Of a stretch of DNA of 64,000 nucleotides, positions 48,267 to 60,607 are shown one piece after another. The first letter of the stretch is position 1; each line of letters starts with the position of its first letter. The stretch is from Lepidodermella squamata (Eukaryota; Animalia; Gastrotricha): assembly GCA_047495785.1 (NCBI GenBank), contig JBLDXI010000006.1, positions 124,001 to 188,000 on the forward strand. The letters are read 5' to 3'. The notes under the pieces were generated by a model. That model was not told the origin of the DNA. It saw nothing but the letters and a program-made list of their open reading frames with translations, and made no database searches. A program made the position numbers and the translations under genes.

Positions 48267-49332
48267 TGACGTGATGATGAAGAGTGATAAAACAATGATG
48301 AAGAAGAGCTTGACACTGATGAGAAAGTGAATGAAAAATTTGAAATGTTTCATAGCATTTAAAAAGCCACTCGTTATGCCTAAGTGTGGAATAGTGAGTA
48401 ATAAAACAATAAATTCTTTGCGTAAGTATTATTCTTTTTAAATTTTTTAGAAAAATGCTATTTTGCGTCGTATTTTTGGCTATTTCCGATCGCGCTTTTT
48501 GCGCGCAGGTAAAAATTGCGAAAAATTGATTTGTCGCCTCGGGTTCGATTCTCAGTGGCCACCAAATTTTCCGTGCTCCGATTTTCATTTTTTATTTTTT
48601 ATTTTATTATTTTGGAATCTGATGGACCGTTTTTATGAAGTTTAGCCGCTTCAACTAATAGGACAAATTCGCGTTTATCGCGCTTGCCCTACCTATAAAG
48701 TCCACTTCTAGTCTTATCAAAAAAATTAAGTACGCACGGATTTATAAATATAACTATGCCGCTGTCATTGCCGAAATGCCGCTTATCTGTTGACAACCGG
48801 CCAGATAACATTCGTTGAAGTAACAGTAGAGTGTGTAAAAAAATAGGCTTTTTCACGACTCGTGCGAGGGTGCGAACTGGGTACGAACACACACGGCACA
48901 AACAACCGCACACACTCACACACACACCGGTCGGCTTTTGAGAAAAAACCAACGATAAGTATATGCCACACACACACACCTGGCCATTATTACTATATGC
49001 GGTTTTTCATCTCAATTCTTTTCAAGCGTTTTTAGAACAAAGTAAACACGAAGGTTTTTTTTACCTTTCGCTGATGATTACTTTTTTTTTGGGTAATTTA
49101 TACTTCACCCCAATTTTCTCTATATTTATGAATATTTATTAAATTGTCAGTTGTGGAGCCAATTTTTGAATGATTAAAAGACAATTTTCTTGAATTTCAT
49201 GAGCAATTAAAAATTGAAAATAATTTCAATAATTTCAAAATCAGAAATTATTTGAAAATTATTTGGCACCTTTTATATCCATTTCCGATATTGTGTTGAT
49301 TGATTATTTAGTAATTATTTATAAAAAAAAAC

Positions 49333-49833
49333 ATGGCTTTGAGCTCATTGGCCACCTTAGTGACACTCGCTTGTGTCGCGTCGCATGGAAAATTCGCCTA
49401 CGACCATTTCAACCTGTTGACCGCCTTCAATTTACCTGACTATTCGAAAGACATCGATGCCTTGTTAGACAGGCCGTACAGTGGCTTTACCGTTGAAATT
49501 ATTACCGTAATAACCGGTGCGTTACTCGTGTCGTATTGGCGCGGAAAGCCGTCAGCCTGCCACATTTCGATCGCGATACTTCACTTTGTACTACATGCCT
49601 TCTACATCTTCACGTGGCCGAAAAAGCAGGGTGATTCGATGGATGCGTTGACTGAGTCGGTTTACCAATGGCACCTTGAACATGATTACGTGAAGAGGTT
49701 TCAACTCAATGGCCTCATGCTGTTCGCGACAAATGCTGCTGGGCTGATGTTCGATATTTACTTCTTCCATTTATTTTTCATTAAATCAATCATGGAATCC
49801 ATGTTTGCTTCGGGCAAGGTTAAAAGCCAATAA
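49333..49833 (+). CDS. 4-TM His-rich membrane protein with KxKxx tail
   Basis: Intronless ORF with a good start context. Shares SHG, EI, SYWRGK.S.CH..IA.LH...H, W.L, NG, NA.G..FDIY.FH.FFI.S with 35079-35594. Confidence 0.8.
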   Translation: MALSSLATLVTLACVASHGKFAYDHFNLLTAFNLPDYSKDIDALLDRPYSGFTVEIITVITGALLVSYWRGKPSACHISIAILHFVLHAFYIFTWPKKQGDSMDALTESVYQWHLEHDYVKRFQLNGLMLFATNAAGLMFDIYFFHLFFIKSIMESMFASGKVKSQ

Positions 49834-50233
49834 AATGAAGGAACGAGAGTCAAACTTTTTTCCTCACTCAGAACCGGATTAATCATTTATAAAATAAAAA
49901 TTAAATATTCAACTTTTTTTAAGTGAAATTCTCAAAAATTTCGTCCTATGTCCTATCAGAGTTATTATTACAAAGTGACATAAGGACATCTGGACGAAGT
50001 CCAGAATCAGCACTTTCCGTTGTCTGTGGTTATAATCATTTCGAACTCCATATCAGGATGCCTGGAAAAATTTATTGCACCTCATTAAATATTATAGGTG
50101 ATCAGTACGTGACGCAAAGCCGAGCTAATTAAAACTTTTAACATCTCAAATTACCCATGCGACTACTTCCGAAGAATATAATCGGGAAAATTCTTCAACT
50201 CAGAGTTTCTATACTTATTCCTGTTCAAAAATA

Positions 50234-53200
50234 ATGAAAAAAATGCTCTTATTACTTATTTTATTCCAGCTTAAAATCGCGTCGTTGGCTTTGTGCCAAG
50301 AATGGCTCCAAGTCCCAGTGGATAAAAATAACACCTTGCTGATGTTCGCAACCGCAACGTGGACAGGTTCTGAGCCTCGAGATGGCAAAATTTGCCAGGC
50401 TGCGATGCAGGTCGCCGTCGATACTGTCAACTCTCGAACGGATATTTTACCGCAATATCGCATTCAGGTCAAATTCTACGACGAAGGCCCCAACGCGATT
50501 TTGGCCACACGCCAATTTGTCCGATTTCTCGATGACGCTGATAGCGAAATAGCTAATGACTCGAAAAATCGCACCTTCATCGCTCCGGCTGTTGTTGGAA
50601 CGGCAATAAATTGCAATAATTTGGCGAATATTGCGAAAAATTTGAAATTCGTCCAATTCACGCCTGGCTGCAGCGGGGTTCAATTCACGAATCGGCGTGA
50701 TTTATACCCGTTTTTGTACCGAAATCGAATCCCGGCAGAGACTCAATACCTGATGCCGATGTTTCTCGTCAAAAATTACCGAGGTGGCTGGAAAGAAATG
50801 GGCAATATCGCATTCGACGGAACTATCGGAACCTCAAATCCTAGTATGGGCTTGGTAAAAAGTGAAAATTCAGCCTTTTCTGATCCGAATAACCTTGACG
50901 AGATTACGTTTCGAAGAATCGCCAATAGCAACGCGAGAATTTTATTCATCGGTACAGGAACCGCGGCGACTTATACCAATTTCATATGCAAGGCATTTAA
51001 TTTCGGAATTAAGCCACCGCTCTTTTTCTTTCTAACTTCATCGTCGAATTTCAACGATCCTTACGCTAAGGATTTGAAACTACCGCCTGGGTGTAGCTAC
51101 GATGCGTTTAAAATGCAGATTCAGGCTACGTTCTGGGGTGGTCCGTTCGATTTCGCCCTAGAAAATAACGGTAATACGACGCTGGGCTATGACATGGTTG
51201 GGTTTGAGCGGTACCTGGATGCGTTGACTAATTCGTCACGCTCGGCTGATTACGTACGGCGGCATCGGTGTTTTGATGCTATGGAGCAGGCTTTACTCAG
51301 TTTGGATAAAGCCGAAAAAGTTCTCAGCGCCAAAAACAGGTGAAACTATTTTTTAATAAAAATAGGAAAATGTTTATCAATTTTCAAATTTAACACAACA
51401 TGTTAAATTATTTTTCAGATTTAAAAATATATTAAAAAAAAACAGTTAGAAATTGAAAAAATTATTTCTAAAATTTTTAATATTTGAAAATTGATTAGAG
51501 GGAGAAACCATTTTATTTGGTTGTACTGTGTTATTAACAATAATAACAATGCCTTTAAGACGCAGTGGTATATATTTCTTAATTTTAGTTGGATAATATT
51601 TTGATTAATGGTTGGATTGATTGTTAGCGTATAGATGATGATTTAGGATTCTAATTCCATCTTTTAGAACTTGAAGGGCGATTTCCACTGATTTGCTGCT
51701 GCTGATGCCGTAATCCTGAAGTAGTTTTACCGCTTCTTTTGTCAGTGAGCCACGGGCGCCAATGTAGAGGCCGCGTACTAAAAATTATTAAAAAATTTAA
51801 ATTTTTTTATAAATTGCCTAAAATTCGAATTTAAATTTAAACTTGAATTAAATTGGTTTAATTTTTGTTGCCTTTATAGGTCGCTTCGCGATTTTAAAGA
51901 CGATCCTTGGGCTGTTGTTAAAGCTGTCAATAAATCGGCGGCCGAGTCGGATTTCATCGGCCTCCGAATCGGTCGAATTTTCTATTCGAAACGCGTCGAA
52001 ATGGACGCCGAGCCGCAGTTTGTCGCGCAGTGGTTCAACGGCCGCATGCGAGTCATTTACCGAATCCGGTACAACGGCTCAGATTATAACAACGACCTTC
52101 ATAACATGTCGTTTTACGCGGTTGAACCAGGCGAAGATCCGGTTTGGATGACTAGGGACGGATCGCCACCGAAAGACTTGAGCAAAGTCGGCATTATCCT
52201 CGACTCGTTCGCTATTCAAGTATTCGGAGTCGTCATTTCAGCCGTTTTCATCTCAACGCTCGGTCTAGCATTTTTAGCCGTAAAATTGATTAGGCGACAT
52301 GCGAAAATCGGAAAAATCAACATGCTAGTGATGACACGAGCTGATTTAATGTCGATGATCGGCTGTGTCCTCTGTAATTTAGCCGCGGTTAGTTTCGCAT
52401 TGACGACATTTGAGGCGACCCCACAGCCAAATTTGTGCCAATTAAAAGCTGCTTTGACAACTCTCGGTGTCGCTTTGACGGTCTCGTCCGCAGTTTCGCG
52501 GCTTTTAAATGCAGTTCGGCGGCAAAGTGCTCGTAAAAAGGTTGATTTTATTTAATTTTAGTTTAATTTTAAATCTGAATTGTTTTCAATTTTTTAAGGC
52601 CCAATTTCAGCGCAAACTAGGTCGATTAACGGCTTTATTCAGCCGGGGTCAAACGCCTGATAATCGATCAATTTCTTCCAAGGCAACGTTGCGTGGCCCT
52701 AATTTAGGCCGCGATCGCCCGTTAGCTACAAATCATCGCCATAACAGGCAATGGGAGAATAAAATCCTGCTGCAAATTTTCATCTTCACCATGGCAAACT
52801 TTACAATCAGTTTGATAGCTGTTTTCCTTGACGAATTGCAGGAATTTACCGTTGTTTCTTCGTCTTATTATGACCCAGTTTCGGACGCTTATTTCTCGCC
52901 TGTTCGGGCGTATTGCCGGTCGGAATATCTACACATCTGGGCGCCTATTCTATCGGCAATTCACCTGTTGCTGCTGATTTTAGCAGCTTTTCTCGCCTAC
53001 GAAATTCGCCGCTCAATCGCGGCGAGTGCTGATTTGAAGTACGAGCTGACAATATCGCGGATAGTTGCCCTGAACACGCTGGCTATTTATGCGGCCGTTT
53101 TTGTCCTCGTCATGATTCTACCAGAGAAACAATCGACGCTGAAATCGTACATTCTAGCTTTTGGGGTGTTGGTTTTAGGAAATTCATGCTGCTGGCTGAC

Positions 53201-53342
53201 GTTATTACCCATGTTTTTCAAAGCTGAAATCAACGAGATTACCGCTTCGATGGAGAGAAACGCCGGTTCGATTTCATTGAGCTCTGATAAAGCGCCAAAA
53301 ACAATAGTGACAATCCTCCCAAGTGTTCCAGACAATAAATAA
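50234..53342 (+). CDS. GABA-B-like class C GPCR; exons 50234-51339, 51880-52540, 52599-53342
   Basis: Identical 'ATWTGSEPRDGKICQAAMQVAV' and 'WGGPFDFA' blocks shared with the 22.5 and 25.9 kb genes. Splicing gives 'NRSLRDFKDDP', matching the paralogues. Confidence 0.9.
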
Positions 53343-53711
53343 TAATTTGTATTTTTTTCAAATTTTTAAGGTGGAGTTTTTCAATAAAATTATGACATTC
53401 CTTGGCTTTTTCAATTGTTGAATTTTGCAGTTCGAATAAATGCGTGACCTAATTATAATAAAATTGCGAGAACAAATCGCGGTCGAAAGATGCGAGGACT
53501 GCACTTTTATTACGATGAGTGTGTGTAATAAAAAATTGCAAACAGCAACGCACATTTGCTTGTCGCGCCTTTTTATTCTGTGTTTCATAATCACGCACAC
53601 ACATTATACACGTCGTCTTGTTACTCGCTGGCATAACTGAATGGGCGTTTCGATTTTCTAGCTTATTTCTTGCTCTACACATTTGTTACTCGTAAAACTA
53701 TTATTTTAGTC

Positions 53712-56377
53712 ATGTTAGCCCAACAGTGGAAAAAGGCCGGGCGGAAGGCCGATATTCTCAACAAGCTTTCTATCAAAGAGCTGAGAGAAGAAGGCTTGAA
53801 AAGCGGGGTTTACTGCAAAAAAACAGCTACCAAAGGTAAGTGATTTTTTGTTAATTTCGTGTTTTTTCATCGTCTTTTTCTTTGAAGGCGAAATCGTCGC
53901 AACCCTTCAAGCTCGTCTCGAGGCGCAACATGGAAAGGAAGCGACGCCCCCGCCTAGTGACTCGGATTCTGACACTGTAAGTTTTACTTATTTTTATTTT
54001 TCAAATAAATAATTTTAATTTTTTTTTTCAAATTTTCAGGAGCCCTGTGTGAAAATGGCGAAATTAGGGATGAAGGAAGAAGACTACGAGGAGAAACTGC
54101 GAAATCGCCTCATCTTTATATTCACGAGCCAAAGCAACGCCAAAGAAGAAAAACCGAAGACCCCAGCCAAATCTGGCCCTGGCAACAAGGCTTCAACTTC
54201 GAAACTTCTCGCCGCAGTTGCTGCTGCTACAGCCCCGACCAAAGCTACCGATTTCTGCTGCACATCCGAGATCGACATCATCCCACAGATCGAGATCAAC
54301 GGCTGGCAGTTGAAGTACCCGTGCGACGACGAGGTTGGCGAGAAATTGGTCACTTTAGCCAGTGCTGCTCCAGTTGGAAAAGGCGCTGATACAGTCATGG
54401 ATAAAACCATTCGAGACGGCTGGCAAATCGAGTCGAGCAAGGTGAAAATCGTGACTACGGCCTGGTCGACGTTGTTCAGCAATTCGAAGAAGAGCAAGTT
54501 GTTGGAAACGGTTCGCCTCAGCCTGGCGCCGCAGTGCGAGAAAATCTCGGCCGAGTTCTACAAGTTGCTGGTCTACGGCAAGGGCTCGTTCTTCAAGTCA
54601 CATCGAGACACGCAGCGGCAGCCGAATCATTTCGGGTCAATTGTTGTCTCGCTGCCGAGTCACCACACCGGGGGAGATTTGACTGTTCAACACGGCGGAT
54701 CGCAGCGCAGTTTCCAGTTCGGCCTCAAGAAGGGATTCGACTCGCTCAAGTAAGCTTCGAAAAGTTTCGAATTTTATTTAAATCCAGATTATCAACTTCA
54801 AACATTAGAAATGTTGGTTTGACTTTGCTAAAATTTATTTTGAATTTCAATAAATTTTGAAAAATCCATCAAGTCGCAATTCCGAATTCAGAACTAAATA
54901 AATTTGTCTTCTCGAAATTTTTCCACTTTCAAAATTAATCGTTTTTTGCGTCTAATTTTTGAGAATTGCTTTGGAAATTTGTCTTGTAATTCGGAAAAAC
55001 TGCCTTTTCACCTTTTTTGGATAAAAATAAATACCTGAATTAAAAAAATTAAATACTAGGCATTGGTTTTTCTCAACGTAATGTTGGAATCCTTTAATCG
55101 CCGATCAACTCGATATTGGATCGCTGTGAAATTTGTTCCCAAGTTATTAGCAGTTTGAACTGTCGCCAGGTGAAAAGGGAAAACCTAGCCCTGAACCTAA
55201 TTTATTTTTAAACTCATCTGTAATCATGTCTTGGCGCCTGGGCATCGATGCAGTTGAGCTCAAAGTTTAGGTTACGCACGAGTTAAATTTAGACGCGACG
55301 AGTGCGTTGAGATAAATTAGCGCTGTAACAGTTTGAAGCCAGTTTGAATGACGTCATCAGCTTCATGATACCTTGCGTGTGTTAATTTTATACATAAATT
55401 TCATGAAATATATTGGAAAAATAATAATGATAAAAAAGTTGCGAAATTGTTCAAATTTTTCGATTTTTTTCACACCTGAGAAACTTGTTTTTTTGTATTA
55501 AAATGAAAGTTTTTACTGAATTCCACGACCTTTTTTGTTGCAAAATTTTCAAAGCTTTGAATCGCGACCCGAAATAACTGAGGAAAAATTGTTTCATTCG
55601 GAAAGACCTTCGGCCTCTACCAACATTTTGTGACTTTATTATTTTGATTATTTGTTAATTTTTTTCAGGTGCCACATGGTTGCGTTTTTTACCGACTGCG
55701 TTCACGAAGTTCTGCCCGTCAAGGACGGCTATCGCGTGACGATGACCTACAACCTGTTCTTCGAAGGCGAGAACGCCCCGGAAGTCCCAATTGCCGCCAC
55801 CGATCTCGGCCAGAAAATCAGCCGCAATCTCAACAAACTGTTCTCGCTATCAATGTGGCAGGACAAAACCCTCGGCTGGCTGCTCGAACACCAATACGCC
55901 CTAACTTCCCTCAACCCATCGATGTTGAAAGGCGCCGATCGAACGCTGTATGATGCCCTGCTTTCAAGTGGAAATTTCGAGGTCGAATTCATCCCGGTTT
56001 TAGTCGAGGCTAATGGCCAGGGCGGCTGGGATAACGGCCGTCAGAAACCGGCGACTTTGTACAGCGAGGCTATTGACAGCAAGTATGACTGCATGCAGAT
56101 GTCAGTCAGCCGCATGTCTTCCGAAGATTTCTCTCGCAAAAAATCGGCGAATGAATCGATGTTCGGTCGCGGTGATGGCAAATCGAAGTTGCTGTGTTCG
56201 TTCGAGTACAGCGGCGGGCCGTCGTATGACGAGGGGCCTGTTGAGTTTATCAACAACTGGAAGGATGTTTCGATCGGTGAAAAAGCTAGTGGCCATGCTA
56301 GTGCGACGGGTAACGAAGGCACCGAGTTCGAACTTCAGTACCAGAAGGCGGCGTTTCTCGTCAAACGTAAAAAGTGA
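53712..56377 (+). CDS. SAP/HeH-like domain + 2OG-Fe(II) oxygenase (prolyl-4-hydroxylase-like superfamily), copy 1; exons 53712-53835, 53888-53976, 54040-54749, 55669-56377
   Basis: HxD (SHRDT), distal His (DCVHEV) and 2OG-binding Arg (GYRVT). N-terminus LNKLSIKELREEGLKSGVYCKKTATKGEIVATLQARLE. Intron phases are consistent. Confidence 0.85.
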
Positions 56378-56539
56378 GGAAGAAGCATAGATGAGAATTG
56401 ACGACTTTTTCTTCGCATTTTGTGACTTTGATACATACCTCTGGAAATTAGTGATACTACCTACTATACGATGGCAATGTAAAATGGCTGGTGATTTTTC
56501 TCGCGTGATTGTTTGGCTCTTGCTTACTCGAATAAATAA

Positions 56540-57690
56540 ATTACCACTGTCGGCCTGCGGCCTTTGACAGTTGACGGGGAACTCCGTGACTTTCTCGAAC
56601 ACGTGGGCACGTGTGAACTTGAACATGCCTAACCTAAGACCTAAGTATAACTTTCTTGCACATCCGTGACTTGCTGCCCAGCTTTGCGTATAACCATGTA
56701 TCGTGTCACCCATGCGCGACGACGGCGACGACGGCGACGACGGGATGGAGATGATCGTTCATTTGAGAGTCATTCCGTAAGCGCCACCTGCACATATTGG
56801 CATCAGGGTCCATATCACGCAGGCCGAGCTGATGGACTTGCAAGTTAATGCATCGTTGCTCAGGTGGGCTTCAATTCAAGCTACAAATCACGAATTTGAA
56901 TATCTACGTGGTAGTAAGATTTGCTTGTTATTCGGTAAAAATAGCGCACATGCATAGCGCATAGCGTAAATGTTTTCACGAAAACGTGAGCGGGTCTGGG
57001 AATGTGCTATTGCCGTTAGTCTCAGGTCAAAAGTTGCCAGTCGTACATGCTAAAATAGTACGAATTGCATACGTCCGGGAACTTTTCATTGGAAGATTGA
57101 AAACAGGTGATAGACGATTTATGACGCCATGTCACGAGAGTCAGCATGTCATCGGATGCTGCGCGCTGATGTCATGCGCACAACGCGGTTATCGACAGCG
57201 GCACAGCGCACGCGGCATCGGTTGGCGACTGCACAGGGCTGTAGTATGTTACCGTGTAGATTCGTCGTCTGATGTTGGTGCTATACGAATAGCACGTTAC
57301 ATGGAGAGCGTGAAGATGGCGTGAAGATGTTCGCACGTCGCCGTGTGGCAATCTTGAACACGCCTTTTACATCCTTCTTCAGTAATAGCAATAAGCAATA
57401 GTCGATGGTTGTGAGACAGTTGGACAGTCTGTTTTTTTTACGTACACCACTATCCTCCTTCACGATACACCTAACAGCGGAATACAGCCTGCATGGGGTA
57501 ACTGTGACTACACCGCTATTTTTTATAGGTTCCCCACTATCCTCCTTGACGACCGACAGACCGACGAACGACGAACGACGAACGAACGACGAACGACGAA
57601 CGAACGACGAACGACGAACGAACGAACGACGAACGACGAACGAACGAACGAAGGCGACCCGTGACAACGGGGAGTTCCCCGTCATTGATT
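56540..57690 (-). mobile_element. DINE-1/Helentron-like non-autonomous element (HINE)
   Basis: Subterminal inverted repeats tgacggggaactcc (56572) / ggagttccccgtca (57671-57684), a hairpin ctgtcggcctgcggcctttgacag next to one end, and a microsatellite next to the other. Confidence 0.65.
57550..57652. repeat. (ACGA/GACGAAC)n microsatellite
   Basis: Directly visible tandem array. Confidence 0.9.
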
Positions 57691-58209
57691 TATCGGAGTT
57701 TTTCGCAAGTTTTTGTTTAACAGGATGCTAAAGGCAAAAAATATTCAAATAGTTTTCAATTATAATGTCAAATAAATGTTTTAATATTGCTGAAAATCGG
57801 GTGAAATTAGAAAAATTTATGAAATTTCAGAAAAATCATGAATCACCTTCATTAAATTTAACAGTTTTTTTTTATAAAATTGAAATTGAAAATGTACATC
57901 TTAGAAATTAATTTTCAATAAGTACCTAGAGATGTGCGTGAATTCCTTATCAATAATTCCAGATCAGGTGGATAAATAATTGTTGGAAAAGATGGAACCT
58001 GCGGCAATTTTCTTAAATCGTGGTTTCAGGTCACATGTTTGATAATAGGCCAGTCTACCACAGGCGAAAATTACTCAATCTGTGACAACAGGCGGTGACG
58101 ATCTGCTTGAGTTTCTCTTGGAGTGAAAATTATAGTTTCGCCTTAATCATTTCATCGCTTTGACCTGTCTCGTTGCCATTATTAGCCTGATTTTCTGGCC
58201 ATTTTAGCA

Positions 58210-60422
58210 ATGCTCGCGCTGCAGTGGAAAAAGGCTGGACGGAGCGCCGATCTTCTCAACCAGCTCTCAATCAAAGAATTGAAGGAGGAGGCTGGCAGAA
58301 ATCATCTGTACATCAAATCATCAGCCACCAAAGGTAATTGAGAAGCGCTTTTTTGAATACCTGGACAATTATTAATTCTCATAAATATTGTCATTACAGG
58401 AGACATAGTGGCGGCAATACAAGCCAGATTCGAGTCTAAGCATGGTGAAAGCGCCACACCTCCACCAAGCGATTCAGAGTCAGATAACGTGAGTGCCTAT
58501 TCAGCTTTCCTAGCATGCTGAGAAATAAGAAATCATGCTCGGAAGAATTAGATATGAAATAAATATCAAGTTACCATTCCACAGAAAAGTGAAGCTTGAT
58601 AATTTGTTTCATGTTTTTACTAATTTACTTTTAATTATGAAACTTAACACATTCTCTTCTTTATTAACATCAACATTTTTCAAATTTTTATGGCCAAATT
58701 TTAATTACTCTGCATCATTTTTTTTCATTTTCTAATTCAAAGTTAAGAGTTGAAGCCTAAAATTTTGAGGAAATTCGAAATATTTAAATTTGCAAAAATT
58801 TCATTCATTCAAAGTTTGAAATTTCGCAATTTTCTTTCATTTTTTCAATTAATAAATTAATAAATTAATAATTGCCGAATTTGTAACTCGCTTGCTTAAA
58901 TCTCTCCAGGAACCTGCATCCAAGGTCATCAAGAGCGAATTGTCCGAAGACGAGGCTGAAGAACTCGAGCAGAAACTCCGCAAACGCCTGGCCTGGATCT
59001 TCGCGAACAACACCTCGGCGAAATCAGCAGAGGCACCCAAGACACCTGCTGGTAAACAAGGCGCTGCCGGAAGAGCATTCGCCAAGACACCAAACTCAGC
59101 TGCCAAATTAGCTGTAGTAGCAGCAGCTCCAACCAAAGCCACCGATTTCTGCTGCACATCCGAGATCGACATCCTCCCTCAGATCGAGATCAACGGCTGG
59201 CAGTTGAAGTACCCTTGCGATGACGAGGTTGGCGAGAAACTGGTCACTCTAGCCAGTGCTGCTCCAGTCGGAAAAGGCGCTGATACCGTTATGGACAAAA
59301 CGATTCGCGATGGCTGGCAAATCGAGTCGAGCAAGGTGAAGATCGTCACAACCGCCTGGTCGACGCTGTTCAGCAATTCGAAGAAGAGCAAGTTGTTGGA
59401 GACGGTTCGCCTCAGCCTGGCGCCGCAGTGCGAGAAAATCTCGGCCGAGTTCTACAAGCTGCTGGTCTACGGCAAGGGCTCGTTCTTCAAGTCGCATCGA
59501 GACACGCAGCGGCAGCCGAATCATTTCGGGTCGATCGTTATTTCGCTGCCGAGCCACCACACCGGGGGAGATTTGACTGTACAGCATGGCGGGTCACAGC
59601 GCAGTTTCCAGTATGGCCTCAAGAAAGGATTCGACTCGCTCAAGTAACTTATTGACAATTTGAACTAGTTCGAAATTTTTGTTTGAATTATTTAGGTGTC
59701 ACATGGTTGCCTTTTTCACAGACTGCATTCACGAGGTCCTCCCAATTAAGGAGGGATATCGAGTCTCATTGACCTACAACCTGTTCTTCGAGGGCGAAAA
59801 CGCCCCTGAAGTTCCGCTGGCTGCTAGCGACCTCGGCCAGAAAATTCGCCGGAATCTTGACAAACTCTTCGCGCTTGAAAGTTGGAAGGATAAATCTCTT
59901 GGTTGGCTCCTGGAACATCAATACGCCCTATCGTCACTCAACCCTTCGATGTTGAAAGGCGCAGATCGAACTCTGTACGACGCATTGGTTTCAAGCGGAG
60001 CTTACGAGGTTGAATTCATCCCGGTCTTGGTCGAGGCTTGCGGTCAATCTGGCGATGACGACAGCCGTCAAAAAGCTGCCAAGCTCTACAGCGAAGCTAT
60101 CAACGACCCGGAATATGAAGGTCTTCATTTCACCATCTCGCGCATGACGGCTGAAGATTTCAGCAGCAAGAAGAAAACGCCGAGCCTTGGCTACGGAATG
60201 CACTGCTATCGTGATGACGAGAAAAAGGCGAAGGTGTTGTGTGAGTTTGAATACACGGATTTTGGTTCTTTTGGAAATGATGGGTCTGCTGATTTCATCA
60301 ATGATTGGCGCGAGGTTTCGATCGGTGAAAAAGCTAGTGGCCATGCGGATGCGACTGGCAACGAAGGCACTGAGTTCGACCTCCAGTATCAGAAAGCTGC
60401 GTTCTTGATCAAGCCTAAGTAG
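58210..60422 (+). CDS. SAP/HeH-like domain + 2OG-Fe(II) oxygenase, copy 2; exons 58210-58333, 58400-58488, 58910-59643, 59696-60422
   Basis: Same exon structure and catalytic residues as copy 1. N-terminus LNQLSIKELKEEAGRNHLYIKSSATKGDIVAAIQARFE. Confidence 0.85.
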
Positions 60423-60607
60423 TAGCAAATTAAACAGATGATAGGATTTTCTCGAATTTTCCGACATGAAAAAGGTCTTTCGCTTTGTAATTTTCTTTGA
60501 ATAAAAGTTTGAATAAACAAGCACACCCTGAAAAGAATAGCAAGGAAGATGTGAAATATTATGTTCTGAAATCGATTGTTAATAAAATTATGAAGTCTTT
60601 TCTGCGG

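Noticed and set aside
56102-56713. 203-aa minus-strand ORF and similar antisense or overlapping ORFs throughout the window
   Set aside because: These are shadows of GC-richer coding exons on the other strand or frame, with no independent evidence.
57550-57652. Possible CRISPR-like array or repeat-coding ORFs (57281-57685, 57405-57731)
   Set aside because: It is a simple microsatellite with no unique spacers, in eukaryotic DNA. The ORFs are translations of the repeat.
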